A stretch of DNA of 63,931 nucleotides from a virus (Duplodnaviria; Caudoviricetes), in the IMG/VR virus record IMGVR_UViG_3300032893_001611, positions 1 through 63,931 of that record. One strand, given 5' to 3'. This document shows positions 8,399 to 17,924 of this stretch, piece after piece. Numbering within the stretch: position 1 is the stretch's first letter; each line of letters starts with the position of its first letter. The notes beneath the pieces were generated by a model. The model did no database searches. It saw only the letters and a list, made by a program, of their open reading frames with translations, and was not told where the DNA came from. A program made the position numbers and the translations under genes.

Positions 8399-8873
8399 TC
8401 GCAGTTTCCTTTTCGGTTTGAGGTTGAGGTTGAACCCGCGCCGGCACCGGCACGAGCTGGTAGAACACATGCTTGCCGATGCGCGCCGTCCGCAGCGGCG
8501 GCGGTTCCTCGCGCAGCCAGGCGGGATTGACGCCGGCGACGACGTAATGCGTGGCCTCGTTTGTGCTGTCGGGCAAACCGCCGGTCACGGCCGTGGTGGC
8601 GATGTCGAGCGCCTGCCGGAACTGCGGATCGGCGTCGGTCACGGCCAGCAATTTGTCGCGGTTGGGATCGTCCGCATTCCAGCAGCTGAACTGGAACGGC
8701 TTCTGGCAGATCTGCACGACCGTCGCGCCCCACCAGTAAGGCTGCGAGTCAGCGGCCGCGACGGCCAGCCGGTTCATGACCACGCAGGCGACGGCGGCCA
8801 TGCCGTCCGGCCCCTCGCCGCGCGCCTCGCCCCAGATCGTCCGGGCGAGGATATCGACGGTTTTGTCGATCAT
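8391..8873 (-). CDS. Endolysin, cell wall hydrolase (SleB/Hydrolase_2 family)
   Basis: LARTIWGEARGE...AVACVVMNR...QFSCWN...ATHY...IGKHVFY. Confidence 0.92.
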   Translation of the reverse strand: MIDKTVDILARTIWGEARGEGPDGMAAVACVVMNRLAVAAADSQPYWWGATVVQICQKPFQFSCWNADDPNRDKLLAVTDADPQFRQALDIATTAVTGGLPDSTNEATHYVVAGVNPAWLREEPPPLRTARIGKHVFYQLVPVPARVQPQPQTEKETANV

Positions 8874-9076
8874 GGCTTGTCGCTCATGATGTAGCGATAG
8901 AGCCGGACGGTGTCGTAGATCAGCCGCACCAGAACGATGAGCAGGCCGAAGAAGATCGTCAGGTTCTGCGCCGTGCTGACGGCCCAGGCCGCGATGCCGC
9001 CGCCGATGCCGTATGACACGGCGGCGTCTATTTTTTCGTGATGCTGGTCAACGAGGTGTTGCAGTTTGTCGAGCAT
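8870..9076 (-). CDS. Putative holin
   Basis: 68 aa, hydrophobic segments, charged C-terminus, directly upstream of the endolysin. Confidence 0.7.
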   Translation of the reverse strand: MLDKLQHLVDQHHEKIDAAVSYGIGGGIAAWAVSTAQNLTIFFGLLIVLVRLIYDTVRLYRYIMSDKP

Positions 9077-9112
9077 TGCGCTCTCCCTTTGGGTTAAGGG
9101 TTGGAGGGAAAC

Positions 9113-10417
9113 TCAGTCGTCGCGGCCGCGGCGGTCCACCCAGCCGCGCGTGGAGAGATAGAAATTGGTCACCGAAGCCGTGGCGCGCGCCCGGATCTGC
9201 GCGCTCGTGTTCGTCCACAGTCCGAACGGCGTTGTGCTCTGCGCATAGTTCGCATTCATGTAGAGATCAATGAGTGGAGCTGCTGTCACGCTCGGCGCAT
9301 CGTCGTTCTGGTCGAGGCTGGAGAAATAGACGCCGCGCGCACTCGATGTCGCGCCCGATTGCGCCGTAAACAGCGGCATGACCTTGATGCCCGTCGGGAC
9401 CGTCAATGTCAGGCTCGACGCCGACGTGGAGATCGTCGTGTTGTTCTGGTCAAGGACAGGCGATTTCCAGAGGACCGTGTCGCCACGTTCCACGAAGGCG
9501 ATGATGTGGCTGCTACCGTCCGTCAGCACTGAGCCGAGGCGGCGCTTGTAGCTGTAACCTGACGGCAGCGTCGGCGAAAGGCCGGCGAGATCGGCGCGAT
9601 CGCCGAAGCAGGCGTCGGTGCCGTCGGCCTTGTCGATCAGCCAGACGTGATACCACTTGCCAGCGGCGAGACTGCCGGTATCGAGGCCATTCGCGCCTGT
9701 CGTGGTGAAGTCGCAGGTCAACGTTCCGCTCGACATCATCACGGTATTGGTGTCGTCCGCAGCCGTGCCCGCGGCCACGTCGATCTTCGTGTTGGGCGTC
9801 GAGCCGTCGTTCGACAGCGCCAGCCCGGCGAGATAGGAGCGAATGACCGTCGAGCCGCCGCTGCTAGCCGCCGTCAACCGGCCCTTGGCGTCGACCGTAA
9901 TGCTGGCGTTCGTGTACGAACCGGCCGTCACGGCCGTGCTGGCGAGCTGCGTCGTGTCGATCGAGCCGTCAGCGACCTTGATGCCCGAGCTGCTGCGCCC
10001 GATGGTCGCGCCGTCGAGCTTGACGCGCAAATTGCCGGAGCCGTCGTCCTCAAGACCCTGCCCGATCGCCTCCGACAGAAGGGCCGACGCCGAAGCGCCG
10101 TTGTAATAGGGCGTGAACTTGTGCGTCGAGGTATTGACGCTGCCGATCACGACGTCGCTGCTGCCGTCATAGACCTTGACCAGCCACAGCGAACTGGAGG
10201 TCGTATCGCACCAGACCGTGCCGGCCGTGGCGTATGAGGGCCGCGAGCTGCCCGAATGGCAGCTGTTCAGCGCATTGCGCCATGTGCCGAGCAGCGTAGC
10301 GAGATCGGAGCCCGATGTCGTCGACGGGTTGATGGTGCCGAAATCGTACTGCGAGGCTGACGCCGGCAGCGCCAGCGCCACCAGCAGCGCCAGCGATAGC
10401 AGAATTTTCCTGATCAT
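9113..10417 (-). CDS. Tail fibre protein with signal peptide
   Basis: Start at the ATGA overlap with tail tip gene; MIRKILLSLALLVALALPASA then SQYDFG...HSG..RPSY..AG.VW.DT; ITVDAKGRLTAASSG; PTLPSGYSYKRRLG. Confidence 0.85.
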   Translation of the reverse strand: MIRKILLSLALLVALALPASASQYDFGTINPSTTSGSDLATLLGTWRNALNSCHSGSSRPSYATAGTVWCDTTSSSLWLVKVYDGSSDVVIGSVNTSTHKFTPYYNGASASALLSEAIGQGLEDDGSGNLRVKLDGATIGRSSSGIKVADGSIDTTQLASTAVTAGSYTNASITVDAKGRLTAASSGGSTVIRSYLAGLALSNDGSTPNTKIDVAAGTAADDTNTVMMSSGTLTCDFTTTGANGLDTGSLAAGKWYHVWLIDKADGTDACFGDRADLAGLSPTLPSGYSYKRRLGSVLTDGSSHIIAFVERGDTVLWKSPVLDQNNTTISTSASSLTLTVPTGIKVMPLFTAQSGATSSARGVYFSSLDQNDDAPSVTAAPLIDLYMNANYAQSTTPFGLWTNTSAQIRARATASVTNFYLSTRGWVDRRGRDD

Positions 10418-13400
10418 AGCTGTTTCCCGTAACCTGTGGCCGTCCAGTTGATGGTGCGGGCGACGGCCGATCCGCCCGAATCCAGAACCTTGACCTTGAA
10501 CCCCGTGCGGTCCGGCGAGCCCGTGCCCGAAGGCCCGGTGAAGACAAGATGGTCGCCGTTCGCGCCGTTGACTTCCGTCACATGCACGATCGGCGCGGCG
10601 TTGAAGGCCGGGCTGTAATTGACCGTATAACCGCCCGTGCCGCATGACACGCCGTTTTCGCCGTCGATCCGCTGTATCATCGAGGCCTTGACCGACAGCG
10701 CCGTGACGCTCGGATTCGTCGCGCCGTCGACTGAGGCCAGCAGCAGCTGGAACCGCGCCGCCCGGAACGAATAGTCGCCCGTCGAGAAGTCCTGCCACGC
10801 GCTCCATGTCGGCGAGCCCGCGGGGTCGTCGTCGGTGAAGCTGACCTGCAGCGTGACGCTCCAGTTGAGCGGATTCGCGCCCGACAGCGACGAAACCCCG
10901 GCCAGTGTCGGCCATGAGGCCAAGGTGTTGCTGGCCATCGCGCCGAAGGCCGTGATCGCGGCCGTCAGGCGCGTCGTGTATTTCTGGCCCAGGTCAATGA
11001 CATTCGCAAACGAATAGGCGCCTGTCAGCGAGCCAACGGTCGTCAGGGCCAGCGTTCCCGACGTCACCGAGCAATTGGTCTTGCTGCCCGAGAAGCCGGG
11101 GTCTTCGGTGACCGCCGCGATATCCGCGAACGTCGTCAGCGGGTCGTTCGGGATGATGAAGAAGGCCGCGTTCAGGCTTTCATTGCCCTGCCGGTCATAG
11201 GCCTTGATCGCGTAGGTTCCCTTCTGCAGCGCGAAAGGCATGTAATTGACGGTCAGATCCTCAAGGCCTGCGACCGGCTGCATGGTGTTCCACGTCGCCG
11301 AACCGTCGGTCACCGGCGAGAACCTGATCGTGTAGTGGTCGAAGTCTATGTTCGTGTTGGCGTCCCAGCTGCCGATGCCGGTTGATCCGACAGCCTGGAT
11401 CGTGAAATCGTCGACATCGTCCGGGCGACCCGATTCGCCGAGGAATATGACCGTCTGCGTCGTCACATCGGAATTCAGGTTCGCGGCCAGGACGTTGCCG
11501 GGATCGACCTTGTGATACCGGATCTCGACGTCGTAACTGACGCCGTCGTCGCAGCCGGTCACGATCACCAGCTGCGCCGAGGCCGATACCACCATCGCCG
11601 GCCCGAAATCGTCCGTACCGTTGCGCCGGATGCGCACGACAGGCGTCACCGGCGCCTGGTTGTTGTTCTGCAGCCGGATCACCATCCGCGTCTGCACCGA
11701 GCCGTCGATGTTGCGCACCGCGACGGTCTCGTCCGTCTGGATCGAAAGAATGACGGGCGCGGCAGGACGCCTGAGCGCGGGCGGCACCGTCACGCCGCTA
11801 TCCCATGCCGGAATCGGCAGCGAAGGATCGACAAATCGCGCGGGCGCGTAATCGAGCGCCGTGATCTGGGCCGAAAGGTCCGGTCCCGGCACGATCGACT
11901 TGATGATCAGCTCGCGGCTCTCGCTTCCCCCTTCCCCGAACGTGCAGAGATCGCCCGGAGCCGGCGCGTCGTCGAGCGCGAACGGCTCGGCGAAATTGAA
12001 ATGCCGGCCGGTTCCCGGCACAGTCGTCAGCGTCTTGAGCAGCTGCGTCTTGTCGGATAGGCGGAAGCGCATGGCGTAGGTCTTGCCCGCTTCCATCGTC
12101 ATGTCGTTGTCGACCGTGAATCCCGTCGCCATCGCGGGAGATCCGCCGTCTTCCTCGACCGTCTTCACGCGCGCCGACCCGAGGCCGACGAGGATCACGT
12201 CATGCGCGAACCTGATCTTGTCGCCGCGCGTCACGACCAGATGCTCGACGTCGGCGAAGAACGTGTGAGTCTCCGGCTGCAGGAGCATCGACGCGAGGTG
12301 CTCGCGTGCATGCACATAGATGAGCGCCGGATCGGTGATGCCCGGCAGTTCCAGCGTCAGGAACTTGCTCGCCGCGACCGTTCCCGGCACTTCGCCGAAC
12401 TCGCTGTAGCCGTCGGCGTAGACGATGCGCTCGTCGTTCACATATCCCTTTTGCTCGTTGATGAACGGAACGCGGAAGGCGTGTGGGATGTCGACGTAGT
12501 TGATGCTGCCCTTGTAGCCCCAGCTGTTACGCGGCGTGAAAAGGTCCTCGTCCGTGTCCTTTTCCTCGTCGATGACGACCGACCACTTGCCGTCCATGAT
12601 CGAGCGCGCCGCGCGCCCGGCCGCGGCGATCTCGTCGAGCTGGTCGGCCATCGTCGTCTGGAAATCGATAACGGCGTTGTATTTGAAGCCCCTCGCCGCG
12701 TTGCGGCCATGCCAGTACTGCAGCGTCGCGAGGTCGACGCGGTTGTCGGCGAGGCCTCGGCTCGTGTCCTCCGTCTGCAGCACGTAGCGGTAATGCGAGG
12801 CCGGGTTCTGCGTCTCGCGGACGATCCACGTCCCGCTGTCGGCATCCCAGTCGGGCATCTCGCTCGCGACGATGGCATTGAGCTGGTCGACCTCGCCGTT
12901 GAGCTGCCCGGTCGCCTTTATGCGCAGGACGGAGAACGCCACGCCCGCCTGCGTCACCGGCGGCCCGTAGGTGAAGGTGCGAAGCGCCGTCCAGAAGAAA
13001 TCGTCGAAGTAGGTGTCGTGCGTCTCGTCGGCCGTCACCCGCTGCACGCGGACGTCATACTGGCCGTTGGCGATCGTGAAATAGTCGTTGAGCCGGTAGG
13101 ACCGCCGTAGCGCCGATTCCTGCTGCAGCGTTAGCGTGAAATCCTGGTCGGTCCACGTCCCGGCGCCGGCCGGGCTGATGCCGATCTTGAATTCGACCGT
13201 CAGGGGCAGGTGCTTGCCGTCGCTCGTCCTGACGAAGAACAGGCCCTGCGGCCACGTCAGGTCGACCATGATCTCGTCGACGGCCGCCTCAGTCGTCTGG
13301 ACGTGCCAGCCGTCGACCTGCTTCAAATCGATGCTGATGTCCTGCTCGTCCGTCTTGTTGGGATAGAGCGCGATGGTAGCCGGCGGCGAGCCGTCGAGAT

Positions 13401-14136
13401 AATGCTCCACCTCGACATCCTGAAAATTCGAAAGCAGCGTGTCGCCGATCTTCAGGTCATAGAGGTTGACCGGCGCGCGCCCCCAGAGAAACATCTGGCG
13501 CACATACTGGTCATCGCCGACGGTCTCGGTATAGGTCTTGACGGCAAGGTCCGGCACCACTAGGTCTTTGCCGAAAATGACCTTGACCGGGCCGTAGGGG
13601 TTGAGCTGGTTGCGCGCCCCCTGGATGAATAATGTCTCGCTGACCGCGCGCCCCGGCGACGTCTGCGTCATCCGCGGCTTCGCCGGCGGCGCGAGGACGG
13701 ATTGCAGCAGGAAGCCGACACCACTGATGATGCCCTTGCCTAGCGCCGTGGCGATGTTGATGCCGCCGATGTTGCCCAGATCGCCGAACAGCGCCGCGCC
13801 GAGGCCGCCGCCAAACGCCGCGCCGGCCGCAAGCGTGACGAGCGAGATCACCGTGCCGAGCACGCTCTTCTTGCCGCCGCCGCCCGCAGGCACGATCCTG
13901 ATGGTCGTGCGCTCGCCGGGCTGGGGGATAACCTTGTCCCACTGGTCGAAGGGAATGTAACGGTCCCCCACCTGTGCGTGGCCGTTGCGGCGCAGTATGG
14001 GCTCGGGCTGGGCCAGCCGCGCCATTTCGGCCACGGTCATCCCGAACGGCACCTGCAGCCTGATCGACTTCGCCTCGAACGGATTCGGGCAGACGCGCAG
14101 GCTGACTGTCGGCTGCGCTGCTTCCATGCCCTTCAA
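10414..14136 (-). CDS. Tail tip / host-specificity protein (lambda J-like, with I-like N-terminal domain)
   Basis: 1240 aa; GQYDVRVQRVT, TQNPA, GD.I...HDV, FN3-like repeats; follows the NlpC gene; start could be ATG 14127. Confidence 0.9.
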   Translation of the reverse strand: MKGMEAAQPTVSLRVCPNPFEAKSIRLQVPFGMTVAEMARLAQPEPILRRNGHAQVGDRYIPFDQWDKVIPQPGERTTIRIVPAGGGGKKSVLGTVISLVTLAAGAAFGGGLGAALFGDLGNIGGINIATALGKGIISGVGFLLQSVLAPPAKPRMTQTSPGRAVSETLFIQGARNQLNPYGPVKVIFGKDLVVPDLAVKTYTETVGDDQYVRQMFLWGRAPVNLYDLKIGDTLLSNFQDVEVEHYLDGSPPATIALYPNKTDEQDISIDLKQVDGWHVQTTEAAVDEIMVDLTWPQGLFFVRTSDGKHLPLTVEFKIGISPAGAGTWTDQDFTLTLQQESALRRSYRLNDYFTIANGQYDVRVQRVTADETHDTYFDDFFWTALRTFTYGPPVTQAGVAFSVLRIKATGQLNGEVDQLNAIVASEMPDWDADSGTWIVRETQNPASHYRYVLQTEDTSRGLADNRVDLATLQYWHGRNAARGFKYNAVIDFQTTMADQLDEIAAAGRAARSIMDGKWSVVIDEEKDTDEDLFTPRNSWGYKGSINYVDIPHAFRVPFINEQKGYVNDERIVYADGYSEFGEVPGTVAASKFLTLELPGITDPALIYVHAREHLASMLLQPETHTFFADVEHLVVTRGDKIRFAHDVILVGLGSARVKTVEEDGGSPAMATGFTVDNDMTMEAGKTYAMRFRLSDKTQLLKTLTTVPGTGRHFNFAEPFALDDAPAPGDLCTFGEGGSESRELIIKSIVPGPDLSAQITALDYAPARFVDPSLPIPAWDSGVTVPPALRRPAAPVILSIQTDETVAVRNIDGSVQTRMVIRLQNNNQAPVTPVVRIRRNGTDDFGPAMVVSASAQLVIVTGCDDGVSYDVEIRYHKVDPGNVLAANLNSDVTTQTVIFLGESGRPDDVDDFTIQAVGSTGIGSWDANTNIDFDHYTIRFSPVTDGSATWNTMQPVAGLEDLTVNYMPFALQKGTYAIKAYDRQGNESLNAAFFIIPNDPLTTFADIAAVTEDPGFSGSKTNCSVTSGTLALTTVGSLTGAYSFANVIDLGQKYTTRLTAAITAFGAMASNTLASWPTLAGVSSLSGANPLNWSVTLQVSFTDDDPAGSPTWSAWQDFSTGDYSFRAARFQLLLASVDGATNPSVTALSVKASMIQRIDGENGVSCGTGGYTVNYSPAFNAAPIVHVTEVNGANGDHLVFTGPSGTGSPDRTGFKVKVLDSGGSAVARTINWTATGYGKQL

Positions 14137-14142
14137 CCCCCG

Positions 14143-14607
14143 TCAGTCGCGCCCGGCCAGCTCGCGGTGCCGGTAGATCGCCCGAACCCTGTTCTTCCAA
14201 GCCGTGCCGCCGATGCGCTCGATGACGCTGTGGCCGCTGTTGTCGCGGGCGTGAAGCATGCGCCCTGGCGCTATGACGATCCCGACATGCATGCCGCTCA
14301 CGTCAATCCGCATATGGACGACATCGCCCGGACGCTCCGCGCCCGGCGCGCCGTAGCCGTCCATCACCTTGAGCCAGCAATCGGCCGCTTCCTGTGCGTC
14401 GTAGATTTGCTTTTGCGCCGCGAAATCGCGCGTATGGAAATACACTTCGTCGTATGACGGTATTCCGACGCCGAATTGTTCGGCCAGCACCAGCCGCACA
14501 AGCCCCCAGCAGTCGACCCCGTGACGGTCCCTGCCCCGGTCGGCGAAGGGAATCCCGATATACGCGCCCGCCCACGAAGCGTGCCCGTCCTTTTCGGTGC
14601 TGCGCAC
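14143..14607 (-). CDS. NlpC/P60 tail assembly protein (K-like)
   Basis: YIGIPF..RGRD..GVDCWGLV...HVGIVI..GRMLHA. Confidence 0.92.
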   Translation of the reverse strand: MRSTEKDGHASWAGAYIGIPFADRGRDRHGVDCWGLVRLVLAEQFGVGIPSYDEVYFHTRDFAAQKQIYDAQEAADCWLKVMDGYGAPGAERPGDVVHMRIDVSGMHVGIVIAPGRMLHARDNSGHSVIERIGGTAWKNRVRAIYRHRELAGRD

Positions 14608-14608
14608 T

Positions 14609-15112
14609 TCAGAAGGAACCGGGGAACCCTGAAGGCGTAATGTTCATGCTCGGGAACGGCCGCTGATCGAGCAGCTCGACCGAGATCGCGCCCGTCACGG
14701 TGAACGCGTCGTATTCAACATTGATCAGGCTGAAGCCGTCGACGCTCGCCTCGACGGTGTCGGGGCTGCTGGCCAGGACCACCTCGGCCGTCACGGTCGC
14801 CGGCGAGGTCATCCTGCGCGCGGCTTGCGTGATATCGCGGCTGATGTTGTCGATCTGCAGCTGGGAATTGGCAGTCTGGTTTTCCTCAGAGTTCGGCAGC
14901 ACGAAGCTGAAGGGCAGATAGAGATATTCCTCGCTGCGCGACACGATGCCGGGCACGCCGGCCACCGGCAGCGTCACGAGCCCTTCGCTCGCCAGCCTTA
15001 TCGGGCCGTCGGCGATCGACTCATGGTCGAGCGTCAGCAGGACGTCGAAAACCTGTTCCGTCTGCGGCGCAAGGACGCCTTCTGTCGCCGTATCTGAGAG
15101 CGTGCGGGGCAT
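14609..15112 (-). CDS. Minor tail protein (DUF1833 / L-like)
   Basis: LLTLDH...LPFSFVLP...LQIDNI...LASSPDTVE...TPSGFPG; synteny. Confidence 0.85.
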   Translation of the reverse strand: MPRTLSDTATEGVLAPQTEQVFDVLLTLDHESIADGPIRLASEGLVTLPVAGVPGIVSRSEEYLYLPFSFVLPNSEENQTANSQLQIDNISRDITQAARRMTSPATVTAEVVLASSPDTVEASVDGFSLINVEYDAFTVTGAISVELLDQRPFPSMNITPSGFPGSF

Positions 15113-15115
15113 GGA

Positions 15116-15475
15116 TCAGGGCTGCTGCGCGAGGACAAGGGTGAGCGAATAGAGGCCGGCATCGACGGCCGCATAGGGCGGCGCGCCGCTGCCGTTGTTA
15201 TTGACGGTGACGCTGATGGTCGCGCCCGTCCGCGGATGCGGAAAATCGAAGGGCAGCACCTCCTGGATCGTGTTGTAGTAGAAATCCTCCCAGATCGCTA
15301 CCTCATCCTCGGTCAGGATCATGGTGCCGCTGAACAGGCGCTGCGCGTCCGTCGACCGGCGCCGGACCTTCGGCGGCCCCTGGTCCATCTGCGTGCGAAT
15401 GACGTTCGAGGGCGGAGTCTCGGCATAGTTCTGCACGAGCAGCACCTGCGGAAGCGTCAAGGGCCAGGTTGCCAT
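15116..15475 (-). CDS. Distal tail protein (M-like)
   Basis: MATWP..LP...RTQMDQGPPKVRRR...PFDFPHP; follows the tape measure gene. Confidence 0.8.
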   Translation of the reverse strand: MATWPLTLPQVLLVQNYAETPPSNVIRTQMDQGPPKVRRRSTDAQRLFSGTMILTEDEVAIWEDFYYNTIQEVLPFDFPHPRTGATISVTVNNNGSGAPPYAAVDAGLYSLTLVLAQQP

Positions 15476-15488
15476 CTCACATCACCCT

Positions 15489-17924
15489 TTAATAACGCGG
15501 CACAGGCGCGGAGACTTGCTGCCGCATGGCGGCCGAGAACCGCGAGAGCGGATTTTTCGCGTTGGCTTCCATCAGTTTGTCGATCGTCACCAGCAGCTGG
15601 GCGGAGCCATCCGGACCGCGCTGCGCCTGTGTGCTGACCTGCACGGGCGCGTTGTTGTTGATGGTCACCTGCATGCCGCCGCCGTTGTTCTCGCCGGCGG
15701 GAATGATCTTCTCGCCCTTGTGGATCTGGGCAACCATATCGTACGGCACGTAATCGGTGCCGACGTCGAACGACGGCAGGCTGAGGCCGCCGACAATGGA
15801 GCTGCCGCCCTGGTTCCAGTTGATTATCTCGGGACCGGTCGACAGGCCGAGGAAACCCGAGAGCGCGCTGAACAGCGGCTTCTCGATCTCAGACCGGATC
15901 TCCAGCCGAGCGAAATCCGCGATCATCGAATTGACCAGGTCCTTGACCGAGAGCTTGCCCGTGGTCGCGAACTCGACGAGCGCATCCTCGCCTTTCTGGA
16001 ACGCGTCGACAACCGTCTGGCTGGCGAGGTCGCTGACGTCGTTCATTTCCTGCTGGACCTTCAGAATCCCGGTATGGAAGCCGCCGCTCGCGGTCTTGTC
16101 CAGTTCGGACATCGAGATCTGCGCCTGCAGCATCGCGTCGCCGTACTGTTTCGTCGTGATGATCCCCTTGGCGAGCAGGGCGTTGAGGCCCGTCATGGTC
16201 GCCTGCGCCTTGCGGCCGGGACCGACGATATCGTTGAAGCTGCCGACGATCGAATCCTCGACCGATGCGCCTGTGTCGTTCATTTCCTGCTGCACCTTGA
16301 GCAGACCGGCCGTGATCCCGCCGGAAACCGTCTTGTCAAGCTCGGCCATCGATATCTTGGCGGCCAGCATCTGGTCGGAATAATTGCGCGCTGTGATCAG
16401 GCCTTTGCCCATCAGCACGTCGAGGGCGTCGATCCTGACCTGCAGCTTCTGCGCCGCGCCTGTGGTTTCCTCCCAGATGCCGACAAGCGACTGCTCGGCG
16501 GTGTTGCCGACGTCCTTCATCTCCATGTTGATTTTCATCAGGCCGGCGAGGAAGCCGCCCGACTCGGTCTTGTCCAGCTCCGCGACCTGAAGATTGAGCT
16601 TGTCCAGCGCATCGTTGTACTGGTCGGCCGTGATCTTGCCATCCCTGTACAGGATGTTGAGATCGGAGAGCGTCTGCTGATAATCCAGCAGCGGGCCGAC
16701 GATGGATTTCAACAGCTCCTTCTGGCGCTTTTCTGCTTCCTCCAGCGCCGAAATGCCTTCCAAATTCGGCGGCGGAATCGAAGACGGCCTTTTCTGCACA
16801 TTGGCCTTTGCGCGGGCGTCGGCGTCCTTCTGGATCTTGTCGATCTTAGAACGCGTGCTTACGAAGGTCTCAGCCTCTTTGTTCAGTGCGTCCAGCGCAG
16901 CCATGTCTTTATTGAGGAACGATTGATCGGACCAGGCCATGTCCTGCATGTCCTCGGCCATGCCGGTAAAATGCTTGCCGATCACCGGCAGCTTCTCGGC
17001 CATCTTGAGCGTGTTTGCTATGTCCTGGTCGGCACCCATGACCATCTTGTCGATGCCGACCGTGACCTCGCCGAACAGCTCCCGCATGCCGAGGACGCCC
17101 TCGCGGACGACATCGATGGCATCGGCGGCGACGCCGATACCATCGGCGACGGCCTTGCCGAAGTCGGCGGCGTCGGCGCTCGAATCTATGAAATCGTTCC
17201 CGACCTGCGTCACCAGCGGCGACAGCTGTACGTCGATGGCGTTGCCGAGGCCCTTGACGATATCCTTGACCCGGCCCATCGTATTGCCGGCTTCGTCGAC
17301 CTTCTTGGCGTCGACCTCGCTCAGCGAGAGGTTGAACTTGTCGTTGAAGGCGCGGGCGTCGTCGAGCTTGGCCTGGTAATCGACGAGCATGTCGATGACG
17401 GCACGGCCTTCCTTGCCGTACAGCTTGGTCGCCAGCGTCGTGCGCTCGGTCGGATTCTCCATGCCGGCGAGGGCCTGGGCCATCTTCTCGAACTGCTTGT
17501 CGGGCGAGAGCTGGATCACGTCCCGCCAGTTCAGGCCGAGCGCCTTGAAGATGTTCTGAAACTGCGTCGATCCGTTCGCGGCTTCCAGCAGCGCCTGCTG
17601 CGTCTTTGTTATGGCCTTCGCCAGCCCCTCCTGGTCGACCCCCGCCTCTGACGCCACGCGGCTCATGGCGCTATATTCGCGGCTGGCTATGCCGAGGCTC
17701 TCGGCCTGCCGGTCGGTCGCGACGATCGACTGCCCTTGCGTCAAGGTGAGGTACTTGAAGCCGTCGGCGAGGTCGCGTATGGCCGTCTCGGTCGCATTGC
17801 TGTAGATCGTCGCCTTCGCGACATCCTGGAACGACAGCATCGACTTCGAGGCGCGCTTCATCCCCGACTCGAAATCGGCGGTGTCCGCGAAGAGATAGGC
17901 CGTGAGTCTACCGACTACGCTCAT
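15489..17924 (-). CDS. Tail tape measure protein
   Basis: 811 aa helical; ADTADFESGMKRA; LVEFATTGKLSVKDLVNSMIADFARL; three 79-aa internal repeats. Confidence 0.93.
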   Translation of the reverse strand: MSVVGRLTAYLFADTADFESGMKRASKSMLSFQDVAKATIYSNATETAIRDLADGFKYLTLTQGQSIVATDRQAESLGIASREYSAMSRVASEAGVDQEGLAKAITKTQQALLEAANGSTQFQNIFKALGLNWRDVIQLSPDKQFEKMAQALAGMENPTERTTLATKLYGKEGRAVIDMLVDYQAKLDDARAFNDKFNLSLSEVDAKKVDEAGNTMGRVKDIVKGLGNAIDVQLSPLVTQVGNDFIDSSADAADFGKAVADGIGVAADAIDVVREGVLGMRELFGEVTVGIDKMVMGADQDIANTLKMAEKLPVIGKHFTGMAEDMQDMAWSDQSFLNKDMAALDALNKEAETFVSTRSKIDKIQKDADARAKANVQKRPSSIPPPNLEGISALEEAEKRQKELLKSIVGPLLDYQQTLSDLNILYRDGKITADQYNDALDKLNLQVAELDKTESGGFLAGLMKINMEMKDVGNTAEQSLVGIWEETTGAAQKLQVRIDALDVLMGKGLITARNYSDQMLAAKISMAELDKTVSGGITAGLLKVQQEMNDTGASVEDSIVGSFNDIVGPGRKAQATMTGLNALLAKGIITTKQYGDAMLQAQISMSELDKTASGGFHTGILKVQQEMNDVSDLASQTVVDAFQKGEDALVEFATTGKLSVKDLVNSMIADFARLEIRSEIEKPLFSALSGFLGLSTGPEIINWNQGGSSIVGGLSLPSFDVGTDYVPYDMVAQIHKGEKIIPAGENNGGGMQVTINNNAPVQVSTQAQRGPDGSAQLLVTIDKLMEANAKNPLSRFSAAMRQQVSAPVPRY

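Noticed and set aside
4639-10417. Diversity-generating retroelement or invertible fibre switch
   Set aside because: No reverse transcriptase, no TR/VR pair and no invertase found in the window
10418-10915. N-terminal 166 aa of the 600-aa ORF 9113-10915
   Set aside because: Overlaps the J-like gene out of frame; the real start is the coupled ATG at 10417
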